Of a stretch of DNA of 64,000 nt, positions 12,975 to 26,629 are shown in pieces; position 1 is the first letter of the stretch; each line of letters opens with the position of its first letter. A model generated the notes under the pieces. The model did no database searches, was not told the DNA's origin, and was given only the letters and a program-made list of their open reading frames with translations. The stretch is taken from contig OX597831.1 in assembly GCA_951406725.2 (NCBI GenBank), forward strand, positions 35,774,001 through 35,838,000, given 5' to 3'. Source of the stretch: Octopus vulgaris. Its lineage: Eukaryota. A program made the position numbers and the translations under genes.

Positions 12975-13280
12975 TTATTGTTTTTACTTGTTTCAGTCAT
13001 GTGACTACGGCGATGCTGGAGCACCGCCGTCGGTCGAAGAAACCAACCACAGGATTTATTTTTCGTAAGCCTAGTACTCATTCTGTCAGTGTCTTTTACC
13101 AAACCGCAAAGTTACAGGAATGTAAAGACAGCAACATCACTTGTCAAGCAATGGTGGGGGTATAAACACAAGACAGGCACACACATACACAAATATACAT
13201 ATACATACGACAGTCTTCTTTCAGTTTCCGAGTAGGAAATCCACTTACAAGGTTTCGGTAGGCCTGAGGCTATAATAAGC
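12975..13280 (-). mobile_element. SINE family A (diverged, head-truncated)
   Basis: Tail and body homologous to other family A copies. Confidence 0.8.
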
Positions 13281-13377
13281 ATATATATATATATACATAT
13301 ACATATATATATATATGTGTGTGTGTGTGTATGCTTTCGGTGTGAATGGCTTTATTATATGGTGGCGTATTTTACAA

Positions 13378-13503
13378 TCCCTCGATAGAAAAAAGAAGGC
13401 TTTCTCATCCGCATGGAACGCGAACACACATCCCTTTGTTAACATGATAAAGTGTGTTACCTTTACACGCGGATGGGAAAGTCTTCAGTTTTCTGTCGAG
13501 GGC
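13378..13503. repeat. Imperfect ~38 bp-arm inverted repeat (hairpin element)
   Basis: ccctcgatagaaaaaagaaggctttctcatccgcatg / cacgcggatgggaaagtcttcagttttctgtcgaggg. Confidence 0.8.
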
Positions 13504-13605
13504 TTATATACCCCGTTATTAGACCATTTTTCTTAGTCATTGCACGGTGAACGCCATAAGCTTTAAGCTTATATAAAAATACCATTATTATTATTTGCAG
13601 GATTG

Positions 13606-13661
<56 letters not shown>

Positions 13662-15002
13662 CTGTATGTATATGTATATATATATATATATATATATAAA
13701 TATATATATGTATGTGTGTGTGTATATATATATATCTATATATATATATATATAGGTGGATATATATACACATACATATCCATATACATACATACATATA
13801 CCAGGTGACATACCCGGTAATTCCCGGGAAAGCGGATTTATCCCTTGGTTCCAGTAATAACAATACAAAGTATGGAGCCCTTAAAATGGTTTTTGCGTAT
13901 TTATTGAGAATACTGAAGTGTCTTACAAAGGATCTTGGTTTTAGGAATTCCCAATAATTTATGAAAACCGAAATTATGAAGTCAGTTATGTAATAACATA
14001 AAATTAATTACCCTATAGTAAGAATTCAAATAAAGTAGCCCTGAAAAGGGCTTTAATATGTTCCCAGAGTATATACAACATAGGAGGAAATACTAAGTTA
14101 TGTATACTAAAATCTTGAAACATGTTACGCAATAACAGGCGAATCAGATATGAGATAATAACAATTCAAAGTAATTAACTGTGAAAAAAGCTTCTGTGCA
14201 TTCCCAGAGAAAATTACCCTCAGCAGCGCTAGTGTTGGTATATTCGTGAATAAATCACTAAATGAAATAAGTGGATCTATTGTTTAAGAGATTGCTGTTA
14301 ATTTGTTTAAGCCTTGTACTAGATAAATTGAGAAAATAACTAAAATAGTTCAAATACTAAGAAATAAGTATGCTCAATTTCATGTTTACCAAATAATTTA
14401 TGAAGGGTTATTTCCCTTGGAAGCTTAAAAATAATTTACGAAGGAGATAATGAGTTATTTCCCTTGAAAGCTTAAAAATAATTACGCTCGCCGTTCAACT
14501 GCGCCCAAATGTTATTTCTTCTGCCATTTACCTGAACATTTTTCGAAATAAATTTATACTTAAAACCTCCCCAGACACATAAGCAATGTGCGTGTTAAGT
14601 CTAAGTAGAATCGGTCGAGCCGTTTTGGCACAAAATGAGGACATACCGATACACACACAGATATTTTCAGTTTTATTATGTAAGATTCCAGAGCATATTC
14701 ACCATCTACTTTCAATTACTGCTTCCCATTTGCTTAGCAGACGGTCAGACCATCATTAAAGGATGTTTTTGTTGAATAAAATTTGTTGAAAAAAAGCTGC
14801 AATAATTATGCACCAACCCAATATGTATGTATGAATGAGTGTGTGAGTAAATGTAAGGATAAGCAAGTTAGGCAGATCGATATACAAAGAGTATCAACAT
14901 CCTTACATTTACTCCTCTACCTGCTCAAGTTAAGAACTTTTGAGCACTACTGAGTGTATTTTATATGGACACACACACACACACACACACATATATACAT
15001 AC

Positions 15003-15072
<70 letters not shown>

Positions 15073-15759
15073 GCACACACACACACACACATATATGTAC
15101 TTCTTTCAGTTTCAGTCTACTAAATCCATTCGCAAGGCTTTGATTGACCCAGAACTATAATAGAAAACACATGCCCAAGGTGTCATGCAGTGAGACTGAA
15201 CTATACAGACATACATAAATACATACATACATACATACATACATTTATATATGCATATTATGTATATATGCTAGATCAAAGGTTCAATTCCTGGACAGGG
15301 TGGCAAGTTATGTTCTTGAGCAAGTCATTTCATTTCACCGTGTCCCAGTCAGTTCGGCTGTAAATGGGTAACCCTGTGGTGGAATGGCGTATGGCATCAT
15401 TTGAAAGCTAAAACAATGCAAAGTGCCTTGTGACCAGCGATGTATAACAATATTTAGTCGTCAGGTCTATATCATGATACTCTGATTGATAAATATATCA
15501 CACACACACAACACAACCACACACACACACACACACACAACACAAGCATATATATCAATATGTATTGACTGCTTAATTTGGACACATTTTTTTGTCTGTT
15601 TTTTTTTCTCTCCCCTCATTTATCCTTCCTGAAGAAGGGCATAGACTAAAAACATTAAAGACGTCTTCCATTTTTCTTGAGCATTAAACTAAAACACCGT
15701 TTCTTGTTCATTTACTGTCTTTTTCTTTGTATTTTGAGACTATATATATATAAATATAT

Positions 15760-15812
<53 letters not shown>

Positions 15813-15949
15813 GATAGATAGATAGGTGAATATATATATATATACATATACATATATTTATCTATCTATCTATATATATATACATATGTACATATATTTA
15901 TATATGCATATATAGATATATATGTATATATAATAATAAATAATAAATG

Positions 15950-16192
15950 CGCCCTTTTAAAGCCTAGCCAGGCTCATGGGCCTGGTTTCCCGGTTTCTAT
16001 AGCGTATGTGTTCCCCAGCTAGATGGGACACCAGTCCATCGCAGTGTTACTCCGCTTTGCCAGCTGAGTAGACTGGAGCAACATGAAATGAAGTGTTTTG
16101 CTCAAGAACACAACTCGTCGCCCGGTCTAGGAATCGAAACCACAATCTTACAATCATGATGCTGACACCCTAACCACTAAGCCACGCACCTC
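15950..16192 (-). mobile_element. tRNA-derived SINE sharing the family B type-2 tail but with a different head
   Basis: Tail aaaccaggcccatgagcctggctaggcttt; head gtgcgtggcttagtggttagggtg..ggtttcgattcc with TGTTCTTGAGCAAAAC core. Confidence 0.75.
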
Positions 16193-16680
16193 TACATATG
16201 TATATATATATACACACACGAATATATGTATATATACACTCACATATATATATATATGTACTGCTTTCAGTTTCTGTCTACTAAATCCATACACAACGTT
16301 TTGATTGTCCCAGGGCTATAATAGAAGACACATGCCCAAGGTGTCTGACAGTGGGATTGAACTCATAGGCAATGTGGTTGAGAAGCAAACTTCTGAACTG
16401 CACAGCTGCACCTTGCTCCAGTAAGTAATGCATGTTAATTAATGCACAATCTAGGCCTCTCCATGTTTAGTTATTTTAGTTGCATCATCAAGGTGACATG
16501 TGATAGAGCCACATGACAGAGAATAATATTTTAATATTTTCCATCTAAGACAACATAACTCAAAACCATATCAATCAATCGCACCAAATGTGTATGCATA
16601 TATATATATATACACACACATATATACATACATATATATATATATATATACACATATATACATACATATATATATATGTT

Positions 16681-16724
<44 letters not shown>

Positions 16725-16952
16725 TATACATATGAATGTCTGTGTGTATTGTGTACACATTAAGTGTATATATTAATGTGTGTGTTCCAAAGACCTATGT
16801 AGATATAGGGGAATGTGAAAAATCCTACATATAAAAGTTAAAAGTGTAGCACAGATATATTTTTTGCAATAACGCATGCTTCAAAGAAAAGTTATTCATT
16901 CATCACACACATATGTGTATATATGTATATATATATACACACACATACACAC

Positions 16953-17015
<63 letters not shown>

Positions 17016-18312
17016 ATATACATACATATATATACATATGTATATATATATATATACATACATACAGGTATGCATGTATAAATATGTATATAATCTAAAA
17101 TATAGCTTATCATGCATGAGCATTATATATACTTTATTACATAATACTACTGACACACACACATACACACACACATGCATTTACTTATGAATGCACACAC
17201 ATACATATGCATGCAAACACATATACAATTGTGCAAATGTGCATATATATGTATGTGCACATGTGTGTGTGTGCATATATAGATGGTCATGCAAGCAAAT
17301 ACATTACACACACATACACACACATATGTATTTATGATATATACAATACATATGAATGTGTTGTGTGCATACTTTAAATGTATGAATGTGAGTGTGTGTG
17401 TACACACACACACACATATATATATACACACACACACAACTAGATAGCAAGATAGATAGATAAATACATACAAACATACAGATATATATATATATATACA
17501 CACACAGTTATATAAATGCATAAATATAGATAAATAGATATATAAACTATATATGTGTATATATATATATATACATATACATATACATACATATTATACA
17601 CCTCTCACAAGTATGCATACCGGTAAGCTTTCATGGCATTGGCAGTAATATTGTTCCAGAAATGATGTTTTCCTTGTACACTGACTGTCGTTATATGAGC
17701 AATATTCTGATAATTGTAAAAGATCAAAAGGATAAGCGCCAATCGAAAAGAGTCCCTGGAAAATTCTTCAGTATTTAACTTGAAAATCAGCACGCAGCAC
17801 AAAAGAGATCTGTTAGACATCAGTATATTATCTAGTGCCAATAATGGTAAGTACATAGCCTCTGTTGATACAAGGAGTATTCAAAGAAAGGTTTTCGTAT
17901 TAATGGCACAATTGCAACGCTGTTGTACGGGTAGGTATGTATGAAACAAGCTGTCATTAAAACATTACTATGCTTTGGAGTGAATGGTGGTGGATGGTTG
18001 ATGGTGGGTGGGTGGGGGACCTGGAATGTGGATATGTGTGTTTATGTGTGTGTGTGTGTGTGGGTGGTTTGGTTCTATGCGGTTTGCTCGACCTGTTTGA
18101 AAGAGCAGCCAACTCTCTTTTCAAATTACACTGCGATGGCTTAAAGGCAGGAAAAAGACCTTGAATGTGTTTCACGATACACCGCATCTGAAAGACTAAG
18201 AGAGAGAGAGAATAAGAGAGACTGAGATATAACAGAAGGTGAGAAGGAAAAGATGGAAGCATCATGGGTAACATATATATCAGTTGTATGTTTGTATCAT
18301 CAAAAAGTAACT

Positions 18313-18637
18313 GGGGTGCCAGTGGCATGTAAAAAGCACCATTCCAGCATGGTTATTGCCAGTGCCGCCTGACTGGCTCCTGTGCCAGTGTCATGTAAAG
18401 AGCACCATTTAAGCATGGTCAATGCCAGTACCACCTGACTGGCCCTCATGCCGGTGGCATGTAAAAAACACCCACTGCACTCTTGAAGTGGTTGGCATTA
18501 GGAAGGGCATCCAGCTGTAGAAACTAGATCAGCTTGGAGCCTGGTACTGCCTTCTGGCTTGCCAGCCTGCAGTCAAACTGTCCAACCCATGCCTGCATGA
18601 AAAGCGGGTGTTAAACGACGACGATAATGATGATGAT
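18313..18637 (+). mobile_element. Element D: (GAT)n-tailed retroposon (probable LINE/RTE-type 3' end) with internal tandem repeats
   Basis: GGTGGCA(C/T)GTAAAAAGCACC repeats, TGGTTGGCATTAGGAAGGGCATCCAGCTGTAGAAAC, GTTAAACGACGAC..GAT tail. Confidence 0.8.
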
Positions 18638-19109
18638 GTTTAACAACAACAACAGAATTACTTAGATGTGGGTTTGAATTTGGGTGACCTAAAAATAAGA
18701 ACCAAACATAAACAACCATTATTTTGGCTTTTCTCTAGCAATTCCAAATAATATACCAAAAGATGGTTTCATAGAACCCTATTAGTTCTACCACTGACAA
18801 CTCTTCTTCTACTGGAGACATGACAAAATGCGATCAGTCTGCAGTTGATGGGTATTCAGTCACAAAAATAATGCACTGTCTATGTATATAAATGGAACAA
18901 AAACGCAATAGAGGACATTAAAATATTCGGACAGATAGATGATACAAACGTGGACAGGAGAAACAACAATTAGAAGGACAGGCAAATAAAGATGGGTCAT
19001 TCGTGGTCTTCTTTCCTCAGTCAAGTTACCAGTAGTCCTTACTGTTTCATGCAGTTACATACATATGTATGTCTGTCATGACAGATACTAGTGCCATGCA
19101 AATAGCATG

Positions 19110-19330
19110 GCAATGTAATCCCAAATTTTTTAAACAAACTCATAATTTTCTTATATTTTCTTAAACATTCTCTAAAACAATACTTTGTGAAAAACCAAAT
19201 ATATGACACCCTAGGCATTACACCAACATGAATTCTAACTTGTCTCTTGAGGTCTCTGGGTGAGACTTGGAGTCAACCTATACAAATATAAAGCAAAAGT
19301 CAAATATTAAATAAAAATAATAATAATAAT
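19110..19330 (+). mobile_element. (AAT)n-tailed retroposon 3' end; inverted copies at 21084-21280 and 21298-21460
   Basis: ttgtctcttgaggtctctgggtgagacttggag..aaagcaaaagtcaaa then (AAT)n, shared among three copies. Confidence 0.65.
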
Positions 19331-19471
19331 AATGATGACGATGATGATGCTGATGATAATAATATTAATAATAGTAATAATAATAATAAACAATTGCAGC
19401 GTGGAAGGTGTTTATAAGCCATTTAAGAAACACACAAAAGCCGTTCGATTCACTTCAACATTTAAGTTTAA

Positions 19472-19521
19472 TTTGTCAAAATATTTTCGTCGCTAAAATC
19501 CGCGACCTGTTCACTGACAAA
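19472..19521 (-). ncRNA. Minimal type I hammerhead motif, G3-C8 covariant
   Basis: Minus: TTTGTCA|GTGAACA|g|GTCGC-ggatttta-GCGAC|GAA|AAtaTT|T|TGACAAA: 7-bp stem I, 5-bp stem II, palindromic AATATT helix III. Confidence 0.75.
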
Positions 19522-19576
19522 AATCGTTTCAGCACACGATCTCAGATCAAATTACTTGCTATGCGAGTACATCTCC

Positions 19577-19698
<122 letters not shown>

Positions 19699-19857
19699 CA
19701 TTATTATTATTATTAAGGTGGCAGGCTGTCAGAATCGTTAGCCTGCCGGGCAAAATGCTAAGTGATATTTCATCTGTCTTAATGTTCTGAGCATTATTAT
19801 TATTCTTATTGTTGTTATTGTTATTATTATTATTTTTATTGCTATTATTATTATTGA

Positions 19858-20385
19858 ATGAAAGAGCAGCACATGCCATCAAAGTGACACTGAGGTACAA
19901 TTAAATGAAGCGCAATATATCCTAACCATCTGATAAGAGTACACTAGGTACATGCATCGCAACCACATGTGCATGACATGGTGGCCTCATATCAAGATGA
20001 ACAACACATGACCTTGCAGGTGGAGCCAAGTTGGAATTTTCTTCAGGTTGTGTAGCCAATCCCATTCAAAATGTCTCTGAATAAATGTTGTTTAATGATG
20101 ATGAAAGCAACAGCTGTGTTTCGAAAGGTGTATTATTCAAATGCCAAAGAATTCCACTCAACACATGGCTACCATGCTCCCCAACTACTTCTACTCGTAA
20201 TCAGAGATGCACATATTGTCAGCCGTTAGGAGACATACTCAACTGGTTATGGTCAAACAACTGAAAAGCAAATCTGTGGTATTGAGCAGGGTATTTGCTG
20301 AAGCCTGTCTTTTTACACCAAGACAAAACATGAACTTAACATTCCAATTAGTTAAAATTAGAAGCCATGAGAACTGCTGCCATTA
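19858..20385 (-). mobile_element. Element E (~530 bp, non-coding, embedded in (AAT)n), diverged copy
   Basis: Homologous to 20466-21000 and 35990-36527. Confidence 0.8.
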
Positions 20386-20465
20386 CTATTATTTTTGATT
20401 GGCTCAGATTTGGTCTAATTCCCATCATCATCATCATCATCATCATCATTATTATTATTATTATT

Positions 20466-20999
20466 GAGTGAGAGAGCAGTGCATGCCATCAAAGTGACAC
20501 TGGGGTAAAATATACGAAGCCCAGTATACCCATCATGACTACCCGTCTGATAAGGGTACACTAGGCACATGCATCACAGCCATATGTGCGCGACATGGTG
20601 ATCTCATATCAAAATAAACAGCACATGACCTTGCAGGTGGAATTTTCTTCAGGTCGAGTAGCCCATCCCACTCGAAAGGTCCCTGAATAAGGGTTGTTTA
20701 AGGATGTTGAACGAAACACCCATGTTTCCAGAGGTGAATTATTCAAACCCCAAAGAATCCCTCTCAACACATGGCTATGATGCTCCCCCACTACTTCTGC
20801 TCGTGATCAGAGATGCACATATCGTCAGCCACTAAGGGACATGCTCAACTGGTTAAAGTCAAACAACTGACAAGCAAATCTGTGGTATTGAGCAGAATAT
20901 TTGCTGTAGCCCATCTTTTATACCAAGACAAAACAATGTACATGATAACACTTCCAATCAGTTAAGATCAGAAGCCATGAGAGCCACTGCCTGGTACTG

Positions 21000-21000
<1 letters not shown>
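20466..21000 (-). mobile_element. Element E, flanked by (ATT)n on both sides
   Basis: Reverse complement of 35990-36527. Confidence 0.85.
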
Positions 21001-21085
<85 letters not shown>

Positions 21086-21478
21086 TATGTTTGACTTTTG
21101 CTTTACATTTGCACAAGCTGGCTCCAAGTCTCACCCAGAGACCTCAAGAGACAACAAGCTGGAAGTTCATGTTGGTGTTATGCCTAGGGTGCCATATATT
21201 TGGTTTTGTACTAGTGAATGCCTAAAAAAAAAAACATACGAAAATTGTTTGTTTTAAAACTTGAGATTACATCGAAAATTATTATTATTATTATTATTCT
21301 ATGTTTGACTTTTGCTTTATGTCTGTACAAGTTGGCTCCAAGTTTCATCCAGAGACCTCAAGAGACAACAGGTTGGAAGTTCACGTTGTTGTTATGCTTA
21401 GTGTGCCATATATTTGGTTTTTTTTTTTGGTGTTGTACTTGTGAATGTCTAATACTAAATTAAAAAAAAAAGAAAAAA

Positions 21479-21527
<49 letters not shown>

Positions 21528-21914
21528 AACATCACACAGTATACAATATTGTGAAATTGATGATTGAAGATATTGTGTCTACCGGGGGTTTGTACTGTTT
21601 GTCAAGTCACAACATGGGTCTCAGACAGACAGTACGTTACTGAATATGCGTGCGGTTCCAAGTAATGCTGAATTTTGCAATACATCTAGATTGTAGGGTA
21701 TTTATAAGGTTTTCAAACGTTTTTTTTCAGATTGGGTGGTATTGAACCCATTGCTCTGATGACAGTAGGGATAACCTTTATGTTTGCCTCTCGTAGTTGC
21801 CACATCTTAGCGATCTCAATTCTCAGGTCTCCATATTTATCAACCTTTTCTTTTTCTTTCTTTCATGATGATATGTTGATCTCCTGGCACTGCCATGTCA
21901 ATTATTAGTCACTC

Positions 21915-21915
<1 letters not shown>
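21528..21915 (-). mobile_element. R4/Dong-like non-LTR retrotransposon 3' end (restriction-like endonuclease)
   Basis: LIIDMAVPGDQHIIMKE..KVDKYGDLRIEIAKMWQL..IKVIPTVIRAMGSIP..LQNSALLGTARIF; flanked by (ATT)n on both sides. Confidence 0.85.
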
Positions 21916-21977
<62 letters not shown>

Positions 21978-23121
21978 GTAATTATTATTATTATTATTAT
22001 TTTTATATTATTATTGTTATGCTTAACATATCTTTTGTGTTTCTTGACTCGGCTAAAAATATTGATTTTAGTGAATGAAGGTAATAAAAAAAAATCATGA
22101 AAAAGAAAAGAAATACACCAAAGACAACAGAATCAAATTTATTGAAATATAATAATTTGTAATTGATTCAACAAAATGGCAAATTTACTGAAGCAGAAAT
22201 CTTCATAAAATTTTTTAAAAATTCATATTTTTTTTTGCACATGTTTGTTATATTTTCTTGTCTGCACATTTCCTCTTTTATTTCAGTTTATCAATTTTTT
22301 AATTAAATTTTTATTTTTGCACTCTTTACCTAAATTTTCTGATAATCATCATAGAATCTATCTCTGGAAGAATAAAAAACATTGTGAAGCAAAAAGAAGA
22401 AAAACACCCCAAAAAACACAAAATAAAAATGAATCCAATATACATTATGACAAATACATGCATATTCTTTAGTTTGGTTTAGGCAATGTAATCTAAACTG
22501 TGGCGAACATCAAGAGAAATCTTTTTCAGTAGACAACAAATGCTAAAAATCTGTGCTTTTATCTGTCTACCTGAGATAATCTCTTGGCACATTCTCTGTG
22601 GTCTAAGGCATTCTAGATAACACAGCCAATTTAAATTGGATGAGCTAATTAATGAATATTTATATATATTTATATAGTATAATATTATGTTATGTTATAT
22701 ATTCATAATTTTTAATGTAATATTGTAATACAAATAAATTATTGGATTTCCAATAGAATATATTTATATTTAATTTATCTTTACTATTTATTAAATTATA
22801 CCAATATCTATATGGGTATGCAACTGAAGTACCAGTGAATTGAATGTTTAACACACCCCTTTGAAGGATTTCTTTTCCTCAGTTTGTTATAGAGCAATGT
22901 AGCTACACACGTGTTGTTGGTGGTTTGTTTTCCTTCTTTGGACTTTTCCCTTTCTCCTTTCCGACAAAGAGCTATGCTCAAAATGTCAAAAATTCTCTCT
23001 CTTTATTGAGTGTCAAACTAATACATTCTATGTGCATATCCTCTTGTTATTGCTAATTCTATTGTTTGTATATTTGAATTAACTACACAAACACACATAT
23101 ATATATATACACACACATATA

Positions 23122-23174
<53 letters not shown>

Positions 23175-23189
23175 GTCTGTCATCATCCT

Positions 23190-23430
23190 CATCATCATCA
23201 TCGTTTAACGTCCGTTTTCCGCGCTAGCACGGGTTGGACGGTTTCGACCGGGGTCTGGGGAGCTAGGGACTGCCCCAGGCTCCAGTCTAGTCTGGCAGTG
23301 TTTCTACAGCTGGATGCCCTTCCTAACGCCAACCACTCCGCGAGTGTAGTGGGTGTTTTTTACGTGCCACCTGCACAGGTGCCAGAGGGGTCTGGCATCG
23401 GCCACGTTCGGATGGTGCTTTTTTTTTTTA
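23190..23430 (-). mobile_element. Element D
   Basis: Reverse complement of the (GAT)n-tailed element. Confidence 0.8.
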
Positions 23431-23764
23431 TGTGGGGGGGGGAGGCAGAAATATATAGGGGAGCACCAGTGGGGAGGGCTGGTTCAGAGAAATGATGACA
23501 GGTTCTAGGCAAGTAGAACGTAGGATATCAAGAGAGGGGTAATGCATGGTGAAATAGCGTATTGAAGAGGGGTGTTTGAAGAGTAGACACCTATAATGGT
23601 GGTGGGAGAAGCGACATCCGGTATAGATGGAGCAAAATATAGAGATATCCGGTATTGGTGGTGGGGGTGGGCAAGGGTAGGTGCACCGGGAATATGCGAA
23701 GGTTGAACTGACGGGCTGGCTTAAAAAATGCTCTTAGCAATGGAAGGGGGGAATGGCAGACAAC

Positions 23765-23799
<35 letters not shown>

Positions 23800-24004
23800 G
23801 AACAGTGGAACCCCGTGAAAATGGGCCGCCATTGAAAAAAACCCCTGTATGGAGAAATAATATGCAATACGAGGCGAAGCTGAAAATAGTAATAATAATA
23901 ATAATAATAATAAGCAAACTGTCGACCAGGGGATCAAAGGGACAATACTAATACTAATAATAAATAATAAACAAAACAGCTCAACCACAACATTAGATTA
24001 GGTG

Positions 24005-24064
<60 letters not shown>

Positions 24065-24292
24065 CACACACATATATATACATATATATATACATCTATA
24101 TATATACATACATACATATACACACACGTACATACACACACACATATATAATATAAGAAAAGTAGGGTATAAAGGCGATGCTCCAGCATGGCCACAGTCA
24201 AATGACTGAAACAAGTAAAAGATAAAAGATATAACAGAAATAATACGACTTTATTTATATATATAATATATGTATGTAATATATATATACTG

Positions 24293-24323
<31 letters not shown>

Positions 24324-24742
24324 TACACACACATGCATACATGTTTAAGTCCTGATTGGTTGTCAACTTGAGGATGTCACCTGTTTTTGTCCTCCTGCGT
24401 CCCAGTGTTTTGGTTAATAAACTACCTGCTGATGTCATCTGTTTATCAGCTGTTCTGCTCACTTATTTTTATCCAATATAAAATCCACCACACTCATTGG
24501 CTGATTATTTTGCATAAAATTTTTCGTTGTCAAATATCTTGGTCATCAGTTTCCGCTGGCAGTTGTCCAATATTCCATTTGGTTCAGTCCTTTAGGACTT
24601 CACGTGTCTTTTCCTGATATCTCGGTCACTGAATGTTTTAAAGCATCATTTGTTTGGAAGTTTTTCTTTCATGATTCTGATTTTGAGCAGATATCAAAAC
24701 AAATCAAAATAGATGAACATCAATGGAATTTGTATCTTTGTG

Positions 24743-25197
24743 GTACCAGTGCCGGTGGCACACAAGAAAACCATCCAAACGTGGCCGTAGCCAGTACCGC
24801 ATCGGCTGGCCTCCGTGCTGTGGGCACGTAACAAACACCATCTGATTGTGGCCGTTCGCCAGCCTCATCTGGCACCTGTGTCGGTGGCACATAAAAAGAC
24901 CATCCGAGCATGGCCGTCTGCCAGCCTCGTCTGGCACCTGTGTCGGTGGCACATAAAAAACACCATCTGAGCATGGCCGTTCGCCAGCCTCGTCTGGCAC
25001 CTGTGTCGGTGGCACATAAAATCACCCACTACACTCTCGGAGTGGTTGGCGTTAGGAAGGGCATCCAGCTGTAGAAACAATGCCAGAACTGACTGGCCTG
25101 GTGTAGCCTTCGGGCTTGCCAGACCCCAGTTGAACCGTCCAACCCATGCTAGCATGGAAAGCGGACGTTAAATGATGATGATGATGTTGATGATGAT
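24743..25197 (+). mobile_element. Element D with several ~60 bp tandem units
   Basis: Repeated gccagcctcgtctggcacctgtgtcggtggcacataaaa; (GAT)n tail. Confidence 0.85.
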
Positions 25198-25339
25198 AAG
25201 AACTCAGTTTGACAATCCCAAGATGATGTCAGCAAATAGTGTTTAAAAAGTGTAGAGAGTAATTACACTTATTATTTGAAGTTAGGATTTCAAATGCTGG
25301 AGGAAGTTAATTACCTCAACTTTTGATTTGGTTTTATTC

Positions 25340-25800
25340 TTCTATTTGTTTCAGTCATTTCACTGCGGCCATGCTGGAGCACCGCCTTTAGTCGAGTAAA
25401 TCAACCCCAGGACTTATTCTTTGTAAGCCTAGTACTTATTCTATCGGTCTCTCTTGCTGAACTGCTAAGTGACGGGGATCTAAACACACCAGCATCAGTT
25501 GTCAAGCGGTGTTGGGGGAGGACAAACACAGACACACAAACATATACATACATAGAAACATACATACATATATATATATGTATGTATGGCAGTCGCCATG
25601 ATAGATCGTTAGCCATTACACATATGTTTTTCTCTCCTTGTTTCTCTCCTTGTTTTTTTCTGTGTCCCTTTCTGTAGAAGAGCATAGGCTCGAAACGTAA
25701 AAGACTTTTTCTATTCCTGATCGTTAAACTAATACATGTGTTTGTTTTGTACACCACCTGTCTTCATCTTTTGTTTTTTTCGTAAACTCTCCCTATATAT

Positions 25801-25874
<74 letters not shown>

Positions 25875-25877
25875 ATG

Positions 25878-25967
<90 letters not shown>

Positions 25968-26130
25968 ATGGGCTTCTTTCAGTTTCTGTCTACCAAATCC
26001 ACTCGCAAGGCTTTGGTCAACCTGACGCTATAGTAGAAGACACTTACCCAAGGTGCCACGCAGTGGGACTGAACCTGGAACCGTGTGGTTGGTAAGCAAG
26101 CTACTTACCACACAGCCACTCCTGCACCTA
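25340..26130 (-). mobile_element. SINE family A with a short HHR-bearing element inserted in its microsatellite
   Basis: Tail at 25340-25540, head at 25967-26130. Confidence 0.85.
25586..25795 (+). mobile_element. Short (TA)n-flanked element F with variant hammerhead (25668-25703)
   Basis: CTTT|CTGTAGA|a|GAGC-atag-GCTC|GAA|ACGT|A|AAAG; related copies at ~15620, ~22955 and 44268. Confidence 0.65.
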
Positions 26131-26597
26131 TGTTGTTTTTAATTGCTTTCCATTGTGTTTTCTCATTCTGTTGTGTTGTTCAAGGGTATAGTCTTGGCTT
26201 ATATTTCTTAATAAATATATTTTCCATACCTAATTGAAATTGGGCTGAAGTGTTCCCGTGGCACTGCCAGCAGTGACAGTAGTAGCAGCAGCACAACCAC
26301 CACCACCACCACCACCATCTTTATTATCATCATTATTACTTTCACCACCATCACCACCACATCACCAGCTTTAACATCATCATTATCGCTTTCACCACCA
26401 CTACCACCACTACCACCACGACCACCATCACCACGACCACCATCACCACCACCATCGTCATCATCATCACTACGACAACCACAGGCACAAACCTTGTCAT
26501 CATCGTCGTCATTGTCATTGCTATCACAACTGTCACTACATCACCATCGATGTCATTGTCATCGTCATCAGTATCTTTAACGAAGTCATGATGTTTG

Positions 26598-26629
<32 letters not shown>

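Larger units (their letters stand above)
12928..14685 (-). mobile_element. Non-autonomous Helitron/Helentron-like element
   Basis: Minus strand begins A|TCTTACATAATAAAA, followed by a TG microsatellite, and ends in hairpin CCCGAGCAAGGCCGGG plus CTAG; internal tandem gttatttcccttg(g/a)aagcttaaaaataatt. Confidence 0.75.
12831..14823. mobile_element. mariner-derived MITE with ~60 bp TIRs, hosting nested insertions
   Basis: TIRs tattgggttggtgcat..caacaaaaaca (12831-12890) and its reverse complement (14764-14823); transposase C-terminus DRLLSKWEAVIE/VDGEYALE* on the minus strand at ~14690-14750. Confidence 0.85.

Noticed and set aside
24510-24556. Minus-strand CTGATGA..GAAAAATTT
   Set aside because: Five unpaired extra nucleotides before GAAA and almost no stem I.
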